Source: Clostridiales bacterium UBA4706 | GTDB lineage: Bacteria > Bacillota > Clostridia > Oscillospirales > Oscillospiraceae | Reading direction: 5' to 3' | DNA length: 57,056 nt | NCBI GenBank assembly: GCA_002404605.1 | Contig: DHKA01000080.1 | Span: 1-57,056, forward strand | Shown here: piece after piece, positions 56,092 through 57,056 of the stretch | Numbering within the stretch: the first letter of the stretch is position 1 | Layout of the letters: the number at the start of each line of letters is the position of its first letter | Notes under the pieces: model-generated | What the model was told of the DNA's origin: nothing | Databases searched by the model: none | What the model saw: the letters and a program-made list of their open reading frames with translations, nothing else | Translations under genes and position numbers: made by a program

Positions 56092-56469
56092 CTAAGGCAG
56101 CTTTCCTCTTTCCGGGACATCCTGCCCGATGCTGATCTCGATGCAGCGGCGAATGGCGTCCATCTGCGGGGCATCGAAAGTCCCCAGATACTGCCGGCAT
56201 TGGCGCTTATCTATCGTCGTGATCTGCTCCAAAAGGACGATGCTCCCATCCCGCAGGAATTTTGTTGGTGGCACGGGATACTGCGTCGCCTGGCAGCCGT
56301 GTTTCCGCGGCCGGGATGTAATTGGCGCGACAATCAGCGTGGGTGCGTAGAGATTCCCGATGTTGTTTTGCAGAATGACAACCGGACGGCGGCCATGCTC
56401 CACCGAGCCCGGCTCGGCGCGAAGCTCTGCCATGAACACGTCGCCCCGGCGGAATCCTTCGTTTTTCAT
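56092..56469 (-). CDS. mazF: PemK/MazF-family endoribonuclease toxin
   Basis: RRGDVFMAEL...GRRPVVILQNN...PTLIVAPITS...SIVLLEQITTIDK is the canonical MazF pattern. Confidence 0.85.
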   Translation of the reverse strand: MKNEGFRRGDVFMAELRAEPGSVEHGRRPVVILQNNIGNLYAPTLIVAPITSRPRKHGCQATQYPVPPTKFLRDGSIVLLEQITTIDKRQCRQYLGTFDAPQMDAIRRCIEISIGQDVPERGKLP

Positions 56470-57017
56470 GGGACGACCTCCGAAATCTCTTTTTCACAGA
56501 TCGCTAAAAACCGGTACTTTCCCCCGGATGCATAGGGGTGACAGGTGAGAAGCGTCAGCAGTTCCCTCCCCGGCTGTATCATGACGGAGGCAATATCATC
56601 CGGCGCAATAACAGCGACGCCTGATACGCGGTAATAATTTTCACTCCAGAGTGTTGTCAGGATCACTTCATCGCCCTCCGTCAGCGTGGACAGATAGCGG
56701 AAGTAATCCGCGCCGTTAAACCCGCAATGCCCGGCGAGAACGCAGTTTGTATTTTCGCCGCCAATGGGCAGGCTCGTCTGCGAAAGATGCGCCGCGCCCT
56801 TCGCCATATTCTCCTCCGAAGCGCCGAGATAGATGGGCAGCGTTACGCCGAGCTTGGGGATGCATACCGTCCCGAAGACGCCGTCATCAATGCCATAATC
56901 CGAGAGACATACGGACGCCTCCTGATACGCCGAAATGCTGGTAAAGCCCGCCTGCCGGTTACGATACAGTTCCTCGTTATATTCTTGTGCTGCCCGGAAA
57001 AGCTCCGGATATGGCAA
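56466..57017 (-). CDS. sortase-domain protein (class C/A-like) lacking an encoded N-terminal membrane anchor
   Basis: IPKLGVTLPIYLG...GAAHL...LAGHCG...TLLTCHPY is the TLxTC active site. TTG start. An in-frame TAA at 57054-57056 limits any N-terminal extension to 12 non-hydrophobic codons. Confidence 0.7.
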   Translation of the reverse strand: MPYPELFRAAQEYNEELYRNRQAGFTSISAYQEASVCLSDYGIDDGVFGTVCIPKLGVTLPIYLGASEENMAKGAAHLSQTSLPIGGENTNCVLAGHCGFNGADYFRYLSTLTEGDEVILTTLWSENYYRVSGVAVIAPDDIASVMIQPGRELLTLLTCHPYASGGKYRFLAICEKEISEVVP

Positions 57018-57056
57018 ATCCCCGTCTTTCGATTCTGAAGTGACCCCGAAAAGTTA

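Larger units (their letters stand above)
53998..57056. mobile_element. left end of an integrated element (ICE/IME/prophage-like) at tRNA-Ser; continues beyond the window
   Basis: Integrase 3' end lies 44 nt from the tRNA. Xis, Spo0A_C-like, MazF and sortase genes follow. GC is visibly lower than the flanking chromosome. The far att site is not in the window. Confidence 0.7.

Noticed and set aside
1-57056. CRISPR arrays, rRNA genes, IS transposases, restriction-modification or other recognisable defence genes
   Set aside because: I scanned the ORF translations and intergenic regions. I saw no regularly spaced direct repeats, no rRNA-like sequence, and no transposase, Cas, methylase-endonuclease or Abi-type motifs.

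Overview
Visibly GC-rich chromosomal segment of a spore-forming Clostridia-type Firmicute. The Oscillospiraceae/Ruminococcaceae-like assignment is inference only. Most of the window is tightly packed housekeeping and accessory metabolism. In order: spmA/spmB, abrB, a plsC-lipid kinase operon with both genes frameshifted, rsmI, ferredoxin, ctsR-mcsA-like-clpC with no mcsB, spoIID, and mscS. Next comes a visibly lower-GC islet (orphan PTS-EIIC-like permease plus MerR/GyrI regulator), then GH25 lysozyme, yloU/yloV, pyruvate:ferredoxin oxidoreductase, and an accessory block (DUF169, PatB C-S lyase, APC permease, M24 peptidase, MarR, enoate reductase, TetR). After that: EPS priming genes, an ECF sigma/anti-sigma pair, a GntR-ABC module, and a Cys-repeat zinc-ribbon membrane protein. 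The right part holds a complete arginine deiminase operon (arcABC plus a YfcC-type arcD) with an unusual double-HTH AraC regulator translationally coupled to argR, then argS and tRNA-Ser(UGA). The window ends in the left edge of an integrated element (tyrosine integrase, Xis, Spo0A_C-like protein, orphan MazF, anchorless sortase). I found no CRISPR array, rRNA, restriction-modification or other recognisable defence genes, and no convincing multi-gene novel system. The best leads are the two independent frameshifts in one lipid operon, the mcsB-less ctsR operon carrying a REP-like insertion, the AraC(2xHTH)-ArgR pair, a degenerate tRNA-Ser 5' half beside the intact tRNA/integrase junction, and the sortase-coupled orphan MazF. 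The very long ORFs antisense to clpC, nifJ, the permease/peptidase pair and arcBCD are GC-driven artefacts. All product calls rest on motif recognition by eye; no searches were run.
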